Of a stretch of DNA of 52,273 nucleotides, positions 1 to 6,961 are shown in pieces. Source of the DNA: a virus (Duplodnaviria; Caudoviricetes); IMG/VR virus record IMGVR_UViG_3300045950_000170, positions 1 to 52,273 of that record, one strand, 5' to 3'. The notes under the pieces were generated by a model. That model was not told where the DNA came from, did no database searches, and was given only the letters and a program-made list of their open reading frames with translations. Numbering within the stretch: the stretch's first letter is position 1; each line of letters opens with the position of its first letter. Both the position numbers and the translations under genes were made by a program.

Positions 1-319
1 CACCGGTCGGATAGGGATGCCCAAGCACGCCAATACCGCCCGGGTGACGCCGAGGCTGTCGCCCAGGCTGAACACGCTGGACACCCCTTGCCCCGGCCGG
101 GCGGCCACCTGTTCCAGCACGGCCAGCCTTACCCGGTCACGATAGGGCTCCAGCAGCCGCGCCAACCCGGCCGGGTCCAACTGGCGGCCGACCTTCGCGC
201 CCTTGCCCTTGGCCACGCTGGGCAGGTCTTCCAGCCGCACCAGCCCGCCGTCGGCGTCCAGGATAGCGACCGCCCCGGACAATCCGGGGTCGATGCCTTG
301 CATATAAAGGAGTCGTCAT
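1..319 (-). CDS. Phage RuvC-like Holliday junction resolvase; partial (runs off the window start), possible 1-nt frameshift near the N-terminus
   Basis: Not in the ORF track. The minus-strand frame 303->1 is open and reads MQGIDPGLSGAVAILD...AVLEQVAARPGQGVSSVFSLGDSLG. GIDPG and E..RPGQGVSS.FS.G are RuvC-family hallmarks. The translationally coupled ATG at 319 (MTTPLYA) is one base out of frame. Confidence 0.8.
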
Positions 320-393
320 GGACGCCACCTTGGGATGCTGGCCATGGCGTACAGCACCAGCATGGCTGCGATCACGATGATGTCGGCGCTCAT
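316..393 (-). CDS. 25-aa hydrophobic micropeptide (MSADIIVIAAMLVLYAMASIPRWRP)
   Basis: Its ATG overlaps the stop of the upstream KilA-N gene (ATGA), and its own TGA overlaps the next ATG (ATGA). It has a single hydrophobic helix followed by a basic tail. Confidence 0.55.
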   Translation of the reverse strand: MSADIIVIAAMLVLYAMASIPRWRP

Positions 394-1007
394 GCGGCAG
401 CCTCCAGCTTTTGGGCGCACGCTGCCCGCTGTTCGCTGGCGAAACGCTCTAGCTCCTTCTTCCGGTCCTCGTAGCTCGCGCCGCAGCCGAGCAAAACCGA
501 ATCGAGGTTTTCCAGTTTTGCGAGCAAATCCAGATCACCGGGGTTGAGTCCTTCCCGGTCGAGCTTTCCGAATTCGCCGGTCAGCGCCCAATTGATGAGC
601 CGCGCTTCGTTGCTGAAGTGGTGCGGAGCGCAGGTTTTTCCCAAGCGCTGGCGCGTCATCTGGAGAATCTGGTTCATCACCTTGTAGCTGGCCGTCGCTT
701 CGTGCCGCAGGCGCTTCCAATCGTAGTGCGGGTGTGATCCGGCCAGGATTTCCCGAATCTGGCGGTCACACCAGATCGAAAACCGGATGTCGAGCCAACG
801 GGCGAAGTGAATGGCAAGGTCAGGGTGGAACCAAGTGCCGCCATTTTTTCCGCGCTTGGCCTTCACAAAATCCCCGACTTCTCGGGTATTTTCGGTTTCT
901 CGCAATGCCGCGATGTAGTCTTTGCACTCTTCAAGGCTGTCCATTTCCTCAGCCAATTCCAACATGTAATAGGCGCGCCCCAGTGGCCGGAAGATAGGGT
1001 TGCTCAT
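390..1007 (-). CDS. KilA-N domain DNA-binding / antirepressor-like protein
   Basis: Contains GGTWFHPDLAIHFARWLD, the KilA-N signature. The C-terminal domain resembles that of 1004..1705. Confidence 0.8.
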   Translation of the reverse strand: MSNPIFRPLGRAYYMLELAEEMDSLEECKDYIAALRETENTREVGDFVKAKRGKNGGTWFHPDLAIHFARWLDIRFSIWCDRQIREILAGSHPHYDWKRLRHEATASYKVMNQILQMTRQRLGKTCAPHHFSNEARLINWALTGEFGKLDREGLNPGDLDLLAKLENLDSVLLGCGASYEDRKKELERFASEQRAACAQKLEAAA

Positions 1008-1705
1008 GCAGCGGTCTCCATCACCAAGGCCTGAGCGGCTCGCCAGTCCTGCACGTGCTGCTTCAGCATTTTCTTGCGGTCTTGGTAATCCGCGCCGCGC
1101 ACGAGCAGCACCGTATTGCGCCGTCGCAGATCGGCCAGCAAGCGAAGCTGTTGCACCGTCAACGCGGACTCATCCAGCGGCCCGAACTCGTCCGTCAACG
1201 CCCAATTGACCAAACGGTGTTCATTGCTGAACTCGTAAGGCTTGGCGTCTTTGCCGGCCAGGCGCAACACATCGGCCTTCATGTCGGTCATCAGCCGTCC
1301 GGCCGCTCGTTTGCTGTCGATCGCCATGACGCGCATGTTGGTGTCAGCTACGCCCTTGCTGAACGCTTGGTGCAAGACGCGGTAGGCTTCGCGCTGGTAG
1401 GCAATGACCTTTTCCCGGACACTGGCCTTGACCTTGTTCGGGTTGATCTTGAACAGCCAGCCCTGTAAGCGTTCCTCGGGAAGACACACCATTGTCTGAG
1501 CCCCGCCCGCTGAAGGTATCCCCCTTATGTTATATACCTCTGGGCCAAGCACCGGGTCAGCTTTGAGCTTCTGTAACTGGCGGGTCCAATCAAGACCAAG
1601 CCCCTCGACTATGGGCTTCATCGCGACATACGCCCGGCCGTTTACGATCGCGCCTTCCAGCGTCGCCCCTTGAAACTCGACTCGAATAGGTAGTTTCTGA
1701 CTCAT
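1004..1705 (-). CDS. Phage antirepressor with P22_AR N-terminal domain
   Basis: YVAMKPIVEGLGLDW..Q..KL, MVCLP...LQGWLFKINPNKVK and YQRE...VL are typical of P22 Ant N-terminal domains. RBS AAGGTG upstream. Confidence 0.85.
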   Translation of the reverse strand: MSQKLPIRVEFQGATLEGAIVNGRAYVAMKPIVEGLGLDWTRQLQKLKADPVLGPEVYNIRGIPSAGGAQTMVCLPEERLQGWLFKINPNKVKASVREKVIAYQREAYRVLHQAFSKGVADTNMRVMAIDSKRAAGRLMTDMKADVLRLAGKDAKPYEFSNEHRLVNWALTDEFGPLDESALTVQQLRLLADLRRRNTVLLVRGADYQDRKKMLKQHVQDWRAAQALVMETAA

Positions 1706-1715
1706 ACATCACCTT

Positions 1716-1985
1716 ATGTCTCACGGCACCCCGGTCTACCGCTTTCCTCCCGACCCTGCTGCCATCGACCGGATGCTGGAGACGATGCGTTGGGTGCAAT
1801 GGCTGGAGGAGGAACAGCGCCACCTCGTCTGGATGCGGGCACAACGCTACCCATGGAAGGAGGTCTGCTGCCGCTTTGGCTGCGACCGCACGACCGCCTG
1901 GCGCCGTTGGCAGAAGGCCTTGGAGATCGTCGTCGAGCAACTGCGAACAGAAAAATGTCGTGGGGCAGCGGTCAACGGCCACTGA
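1716..1985 (+). pseudogene. N-terminally truncated HTH (sigma-70 region 4-like, DUF6362-like) phage regulator
   Basis: RFPPDPAAIDRMLETMRWVQWL...W.EVCCRFGCDRTTAWRRWQKAL resembles the C-terminal part of a conserved prophage HTH protein. The ATG at 1716 has no RBS and lies 10 nt from a divergent start. The family name is from memory. Confidence 0.55.
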
Positions 1986-2189
1986 CGTTGCGTGTAGTTG
2001 CGAACAATCGCGACGCCGTTCGGAATCCTGCGTAACGATGCGGGTTTCAGCCACTTTTTGGCGCGCAACATCCTGAGGTTTTTTCGCTAGTATTACGGGT
2101 AATCTTGCGAGCATTGAGTGCGTGAAGGCCACGGAGCGATCTGTGGCCTTCGTCGTTTCCGGCCCGCGATGGCCACGCCCCGTTGCCAC

Positions 2190-2242
2190 GGGTCCTTCCT
2201 GGCCAGAAAGCAATGCGGGGGGCGCGAGCGCGGCGCTTTTTT
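2190..2242 (+). other. Putative cos packaging site (cosQ/cosN-like)
   Basis: GGGTCCT at 2190-2196 is identical to lambda cosQ. It is followed after 23 nt by GGGCGCGAGCGC (lambda cohesive end GGGCGGCGACCT) and then GGCGCTTTTTT. The element encodes a lambda gpA-type terminase. Confidence 0.55.
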
Positions 2243-2251
2243 AGCGTCAGA

Positions 2252-2287
2252 CTGCAAACCTAGGTTTGCAGGGTTTGCAGTTTGCAC
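2252..2287. repeat. Perfect 20-bp palindrome plus tandem TTTGCA repeats
   Basis: CTGCAAACCTAGGTTTGCAG (2252-2271) is self-complementary and is followed by GGTTTGCAG and TTTGCAC. Confidence 0.8.
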
Positions 2288-2310
2288 CCGCCCATCCCGC
2301 ACACATCACG

Positions 2311-2349
2311 AACCCGCCCACGGTTTCCCGTCGGCGGGTTTCCTTTTTT
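2311..2349 (+). terminator. Hairpin plus T-tract, possible intrinsic terminator or attenuator upstream of the methyltransferases
   Basis: AACCCGCC ... GGCGGGTT stem followed by TCCTTTTTT. Confidence 0.45.
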
Positions 2350-2362
2350 CGAGGAACTGATT

Positions 2363-3772
2363 CTGAACACGCTCAACGTCGAGTACCGCAAGGTCGAGGC
2401 GCTGATCCCCTATGCCCGCAATCCGCGCACGCACACCGATGAGCAGGTGGCCAAGATCGCCGCCAGCATCGTGGAGTACGGCTGGACGACCCCGGTCCTG
2501 GTGGATGGTGACAATGGCATCATCGCCGGCCACGGCCGCATGGCCGCCGCGCGCAAGCTGGGACTCGATAAAGTCCCGGTGATCGAACTTGCTCATCTGA
2601 CACCGTCACAGAAACGCGCCTACGTCATCTCCGACAATCGGCTGGCGCTCGACGCGGGCTGGAACGAGGAACTGCTGGCGCTGGAATTGGCCGAGCTGTC
2701 CGACGCTGGGTACGACCTTGCACTGACCGGCTTCGATGACACTGAGATCGAGGCATTGCTCGCAGACGACGGCGTCACAGGTGATGTCGACCAGGACGAT
2801 GACGCCAATGCACCGGACGCGGCCGACGACGTGCCGGAAGCACCCGTGGTGCCAGTGTCCCGCACCGGCGATGTCTGGGCTATCGGCCCGCACCGATTCA
2901 TCTGCGGTGACGCTACTGATCCAACCGTGGTCGCCGCTCTGATGCAGAGTGACTTGGCACGGCTGTGCTTCACCTCGCCGCCCTACGGCAATCAGCGCGA
3001 CTACACCTCCGACGGCATCGCCGATTGGGATGGCCTGATGCGCGGCGTGTTCACCAAGGTGCCAATGGCGGACGACGGACAGGTGCTGGTCAACCTCGGG
3101 CTGATCCACCGTGACAACGAAGTCATCCCGTATTGGGACGCGTGGCTCGGCTGGATGCGTACACAAGGTTGGCGGCGCTTCGCGTGGTACGTCTGGGATC
3201 AGGGGCCGGGGATGCCCGGCGACTGGGCGGGCCGCTTCGCGCCGAGCTTCGAGTTCGTTTTCCACTTCAACCGCCAGAGCCGCAAGCCGAACAAGATCGT
3301 TCCCTGCAAGCACGCCGGCCAGGAATCACATCTGCGTGCCGATGGCTCATCCACGGCAATGCGCGGCAAAGATGGCGAAGTCGGCGGCTGGACGCACAAG
3401 GGCCAACCGACACAGGACACCCGGATTCCTGACTCGGTGATCCGGGTGATGCGCCACAAGGGCAAGATCGGGCAGGACATCGATCACCCAGCCGTATTCC
3501 CGGTGGCGCTGCCAGAGTTCGTGATCGAGGCCTACACCGAGGGCGGTGACATCGTGTTCGAACCCTTCGGCGGCAGCGGGACCACGATGCTGGCTGCACA
3601 GCGCACCGGTCGTGTGTGTCGCAGCGTCGAGATCGCGCCGGAGTATGTGGACGTCGCCATCAAGCGCTTCCAGCAGAACCACCCCGGTGTGCCCGTCACG
3701 CTGTTGGCCACTGGCCAGTCCTTCGACGAGGTGGTCAACGAACGTCTGGCCACCATGGGGGCCGCGCAATGA
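2363..3772 (+). CDS. ParB-N-fused DNA methyltransferase (beta class, SPPY motif; likely N4-mC)
   Basis: N-terminal LIPYARNPRTH..GHGR..AA..LG ParB-like domain, then FTSPPY, then EPFGGSGTT. The start is probably CTG at 2363, 7 nt after RBS GAGGA. Confidence 0.9.
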   Translation: MNTLNVEYRKVEALIPYARNPRTHTDEQVAKIAASIVEYGWTTPVLVDGDNGIIAGHGRMAAARKLGLDKVPVIELAHLTPSQKRAYVISDNRLALDAGWNEELLALELAELSDAGYDLALTGFDDTEIEALLADDGVTGDVDQDDDANAPDAADDVPEAPVVPVSRTGDVWAIGPHRFICGDATDPTVVAALMQSDLARLCFTSPPYGNQRDYTSDGIADWDGLMRGVFTKVPMADDGQVLVNLGLIHRDNEVIPYWDAWLGWMRTQGWRRFAWYVWDQGPGMPGDWAGRFAPSFEFVFHFNRQSRKPNKIVPCKHAGQESHLRADGSSTAMRGKDGEVGGWTHKGQPTQDTRIPDSVIRVMRHKGKIGQDIDHPAVFPVALPEFVIEAYTEGGDIVFEPFGGSGTTMLAAQRTGRVCRSVEIAPEYVDVAIKRFQQNHPGVPVTLLATGQSFDEVVNERLATMGAAQ

Positions 3773-5025
3773 CCGCCTCCTGGTTTGCCGACAAGATCGA
3801 GCAATGGCCGACAGCCAAGCTGCTGCCCTATGCCCGCAACGCGCGCACCCACTCAGACGATCAGGTTGCGCAGATCGCTGCGTCGATTGTCGAATTCGGC
3901 TTCACCAACCCGATCCTGGCAGGCAGCGATGGCGTCATCGTCGCCGGGCACGGGCGGCTCGCCGCTGCACAGAAACTCGGATTGGACGTGGTGCCGGTGG
4001 TCGTGCTCGATCACCTGACGCCGACCCAGCGCCGGGCCCTGGTGATCGCGGACAACCGCATCGCCGAGAACGCAGGCTGGGACGACGCGATGCTGCGCAT
4101 CGAGATCGCAGCCCTGCAGGACGATGACTTCGACCTGTCGCTCACCGGCTTCGATGCCGACGCGTTGGCCGAGTTTATGGCTGGCGACGAGCCGGATGCT
4201 GAGGGCGAAACCGACGACGATGCTGTGCCCGAGGTCAGTGAGACGCCAATCTCACGCCCGGGCGACGTTTGGCTGCTCGGTGGCCATCGCCTGCTGTGCG
4301 GTGACTCCACCGTGGCCGAAAGCTACGACCGAGTTCTCGATGGCGATCCGGTGGACATGGTCTTCACCGACCCACCGTACAACGTGAACTACGCCAACAG
4401 CGCCAAGGACAAGATGCGTGGCAAGGATCGCGCGATCCTGAACGACAACCTCGGTGACGGCTTCTACGACTTCCTGCTGGCGGCTTTGACGCCAACCATT
4501 GCGCACTGCCGGGGCGGGATCTACGTGGCGATGTCCTCCAGCGAACTGGATGTACTGCAGGCTGCCTTCCGTGCTGCCGGTGGCAAGTGGTCGACGTTCA
4601 TCATCTGGGCCAAGAACACCTTCACGCTGGGCCGCGCCGACTACCAGCGCCAATACGAGCCGATCCTCTACGGATGGCCCGAAGGCTCGCAACGTCACTG
4701 GTGTGGCGACCGGGATCAGGGCGATGTCTGGCACATCAAGAAGCCGCAGAAGAACGACCTGCACCCGACCATGAAGCCTGTGGAGCTGGTCGAGCGCGCG
4801 ATCCGCAATTCGAGTCGTCCCGGAAATGTGGTGCTCGATCCGTTCGGCGGTTCCGGCACGACGCTGATCGCCGCCGAGAAGTCCGGGCGCCTGGCGCGGC
4901 TAATCGAACTCGATCCGAAGTACGTGGACGTGATCGTGCGCCGGTGGGAGGACTGGACTGGAAAACTGGCCACTCGTGCAGCGGATGGCATAGCATTCAG
5001 AGAGATCAGTAACCCTGATGAATAG
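3769..5025 (+). CDS. ParB-N-fused DNA methyltransferase (beta class, DPPY motif; likely N6-mA)
   Basis: ParB-like N-terminus, FTDPPY, HPTMKP and DPFGGSGTT. ATGA overlap with the previous gene. Confidence 0.9.
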   Translation: MTASWFADKIEQWPTAKLLPYARNARTHSDDQVAQIAASIVEFGFTNPILAGSDGVIVAGHGRLAAAQKLGLDVVPVVVLDHLTPTQRRALVIADNRIAENAGWDDAMLRIEIAALQDDDFDLSLTGFDADALAEFMAGDEPDAEGETDDDAVPEVSETPISRPGDVWLLGGHRLLCGDSTVAESYDRVLDGDPVDMVFTDPPYNVNYANSAKDKMRGKDRAILNDNLGDGFYDFLLAALTPTIAHCRGGIYVAMSSSELDVLQAAFRAAGGKWSTFIIWAKNTFTLGRADYQRQYEPILYGWPEGSQRHWCGDRDQGDVWHIKKPQKNDLHPTMKPVELVERAIRNSSRPGNVVLDPFGGSGTTLIAAEKSGRLARLIELDPKYVDVIVRRWEDWTGKLATRAADGIAFREISNPDE

Positions 5026-5028
5026 CCG

Positions 5029-5265
5029 ATGCCACGCCAACCCGTCGCCATGCCGGGAATCGTCCCGAACGATTTTGCTTCCCTCACACCCCGGACGGCA
5101 AAGTTATTGCTCGGGCAGGGTTTGACGACCGCGCAGCAGATCATCGAGCACTATCCAGAAGACTTGTTGGCCATTCGGGGGTTCGGGTTCAAGTCCTTGC
5201 GTGAAGTTGAGCGCTGTTTTTTGCCAGGACACCATTACGACCCACGCGAACCCGCTCACCGATAA
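5029..5265 (+). CDS. Stand-alone RNA polymerase alpha-CTD-like (HhH) protein
   Basis: LTPRTAKLL..QGL.T..QI..H.PEDLLAIRGFGFKSLREVE aligns by eye with alpha-CTD LTVRSANCL..E.I....DL....E.ELLKTPNLGKKSLTEIK. Confidence 0.7.
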   Translation: MPRQPVAMPGIVPNDFASLTPRTAKLLLGQGLTTAQQIIEHYPEDLLAIRGFGFKSLREVERCFLPGHHYDPREPAHR

Positions 5266-5284
5266 CTGTAACGCGCGTCAGGCG

Positions 5285-5653
5285 TCAGGCTGCGAATTCT
5301 TCCTCGGTAATTTCGCTGTGGATCACAAAGCCCGTCAGGTAAGGCAGACCGCGCGGGATGCCGCACTGCTTGCTGGTCTGGCGGCCAATCGTCCAGTCCA
5401 TCCAGCGCCCAGTGACGGCGTTGATCGCATCCTGCAGGGGGATGCCTTGGAACAAGCCGTTCTGCACGTCGTCGGCAAAGTGGCGACCGTGGCGGCTGTC
5501 GAGGAAGATCCGCACCGAGTCGAGGGGTTGGTGCGTGGCGTCGGAGATGGCGGTCATTGCCAGCGGCCAAGCGGCTGCGGCGTGTTCGTTCATCGTGCCC
5601 CAAAAACCCCAGGCATCGTTTCGGGTGGCGGGGATCTGTGTGCTGGTGGTCAT
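5285..5653 (-). CDS. Conserved prophage hypothetical protein (122 aa)
   Basis: ATG at 5653 with GGAG RBS and the conserved upstream motif. Sequence includes WGFWGTM, FLDSRHGRHFADDV and GLPYLTGFV. Confidence 0.7.
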   Translation of the reverse strand: MTTSTQIPATRNDAWGFWGTMNEHAAAAWPLAMTAISDATHQPLDSVRIFLDSRHGRHFADDVQNGLFQGIPLQDAINAVTGRWMDWTIGRQTSKQCGIPRGLPYLTGFVIHSEITEEEFAA

Positions 5654-5671
5654 CTCGGGCTCCATCGGGTA

Positions 5672-5730
5672 GATCGTTGCGACACCCGTAGTAACGCGCT
5701 GTGTGATTGAGAAGCCAAGCTGTTCCTGGC
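5672..5730 (-). promoter_or_regulatory. Repeated upstream motif, copy 1 (GCTTGGCTTY-N9-CAGCGCGTT on the gene strand)
   Basis: Core AACGCGCTG (5693-5701), N9, GAAGCCAAGC (5711-5720). 51/59 identical to copy 2. Confidence 0.7.
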
Positions 5731-5741
5731 TTCTTTTTCGA

Positions 5742-5960
5742 TCATTCGACGTAGTAGAGATCGGCCTCGGCCAAGTCCTCGGTGTAGCCCGCCTTGTGCA
5801 GCACAATCACCTTGCCGTCGCGCCAACCCTGAACAATGCCGGTGCGGCGCACCTGCTCGATGCGCGTGCTGTGATGGCCTGTGCTGATGTTGCGGTCGAT
5901 GTAATAGGCGACGCGGTCACATCTCTTGAGGGTGTGGTGGATGCTCTCGATGGTGCTCAT
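5742..5960 (-). CDS. Hypothetical protein (72 aa)
   Basis: ATG with GGAG RBS; flanked by motif copies 1 and 2. Confidence 0.6.
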   Translation of the reverse strand: MSTIESIHHTLKRCDRVAYYIDRNISTGHHSTRIEQVRRTGIVQGWRDGKVIVLHKAGYTEDLAEADLYYVE

Positions 5961-5975
5961 GGTGTTCTCCGGATT

Positions 5976-6034
5976 GATCGTTGCGACACCCGTATGAACG
6001 CGCTGCGGGCGAGAGAAGCCAAGCTATTCCTGGC
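5976..6034 (-). promoter_or_regulatory. Repeated upstream motif, copy 2
   Basis: Core AACGCGCTG (5997-6005), N9, GAAGCCAAGC (6015-6024). Confidence 0.7.
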
Positions 6035-6052
6035 CACTCTCGCCATCATTCT

Positions 6053-6571
6053 TCAGGCGATGCGGTACACCCGCTCGCCACCCTGCGGCTTGTCCGAGAC
6101 GATGGTCAGGCCGAGCTTTTTCTTGAAGGCTCCGGCAAAGGTGCCGCGCACCGTGTGCGCCTGCCAGCCGGTGGCCGTGCAGATCTGGGCAATCGTGGCG
6201 CCCTCGGGGCGTTGCAGCATCCGGATGACTTCCGCCTGCTTGCTGTTCTCGCGGGTGCGCGGCTTGGTCTGCTCGGTGGCGTCCTTGGCCCACTCAGCCT
6301 CGGCCGCCGACACAGCGGCCTCGATCTCGGGGTCTGCCACTAGGGACGAAGGCGCGGGACGAGCCCGCCCCATCGCGTCGTAGCCCTCGGCAGCGACGAA
6401 CCAGTCGGTGCCGTCGGTGGTAATCAGTGCGCGGTTGAAAAGCCCGTCGAGCACCTTCTTGCGTGCGCCGCCTTTGATGTTGTCGGGGAACCAGTCGATC
6501 TTGCCGCTGGTGTGTTCGAGGGCGTAGGCCAGGATCGCGTGCTGGGCCGGGGTGAGTTGGGTGCTGATCAT
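6053..6571 (-). CDS. DUF3489-like protein (C-terminal winged HTH)
   Basis: RENSKQAEVIRMLQRPEGATIAQIC.ATGWQAHTVRG.FAG...KKLGL...ERVYRI matches the DUF3489 pattern. Confidence 0.8.
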   Translation of the reverse strand: MISTQLTPAQHAILAYALEHTSGKIDWFPDNIKGGARKKVLDGLFNRALITTDGTDWFVAAEGYDAMGRARPAPSSLVADPEIEAAVSAAEAEWAKDATEQTKPRTRENSKQAEVIRMLQRPEGATIAQICTATGWQAHTVRGTFAGAFKKKLGLTIVSDKPQGGERVYRIA

Positions 6572-6607
6572 GTGCTGCTCCTTGGCAGTGGTTGATGGGG
6601 TGACGTG

Positions 6608-6638
6608 ATGAACGCGCTGTTCGCGATTGAAGCCAAGC
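6608..6638 (-). promoter_or_regulatory. Repeated upstream motif, copy 3
   Basis: ATGAACGCGCTG, N9, GAAGCCAAGC (core 6611-6638), 40 nt upstream of the ATG at 6571. Confidence 0.7.
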
Positions 6639-6654
6639 GTTCTCCGCTTCTTCC

Positions 6655-6843
6655 TCAGTCCGGCTTCGCGGCCTGCCGACCCGCTTCGTAAGCGGCCATC
6701 AGGGCGCTCTTGACGGCCCAGACACTGACATCGTGGAAGTCCAGTCGGTCGCTGTTGCGGGTCTCCAAGGACTCAATGAACAGGTGGTCCAGCGCAATTT
6801 GCTGAAGCAGGTTTTCCATGGCTTTGTCGGCTGGTTTGGTCAT
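6655..6843 (-). CDS. Small conserved hypothetical protein (DUF6900-like)
   Basis: IALDHLFIESLETRNSDRLDFHDVSVWAVKSALMAAYEAG; RBS AAGGAG. Confidence 0.7.
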   Translation of the reverse strand: MTKPADKAMENLLQQIALDHLFIESLETRNSDRLDFHDVSVWAVKSALMAAYEAGRQAAKPD

Positions 6844-6878
6844 GTGCGTCTCCTTGTGACGTCGTGGATGGTGATGGC

Positions 6879-6909
6879 ATGAACGCGCTGTTCCAGAGGG
6901 AAGCCAAGC
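6879..6909 (-). promoter_or_regulatory. Repeated upstream motif, copy 4
   Basis: ATGAACGCGCTG, N9, GAAGCCAAGC (core 6882-6909), 39 nt upstream of the ATG at 6843. Confidence 0.7.
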
Positions 6910-6961
6910 TCAATCCAGAGGAATGACGATCAAATGATTGAAGGGGCCACCGGTTCTCACC

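Noticed and set aside
5268-5277. GTAACGCGC partial match to the repeated motif
   Set aside because: It lacks the GAAGCCAAGC half at the fixed spacing, and no gene start follows.
5672-6909. Repeats considered as a CRISPR array or integron attC sites
   Set aside because: The spacers are whole genes of 270-610 bp, the repeats are not palindromic, and there is no cas gene or integron integrase.
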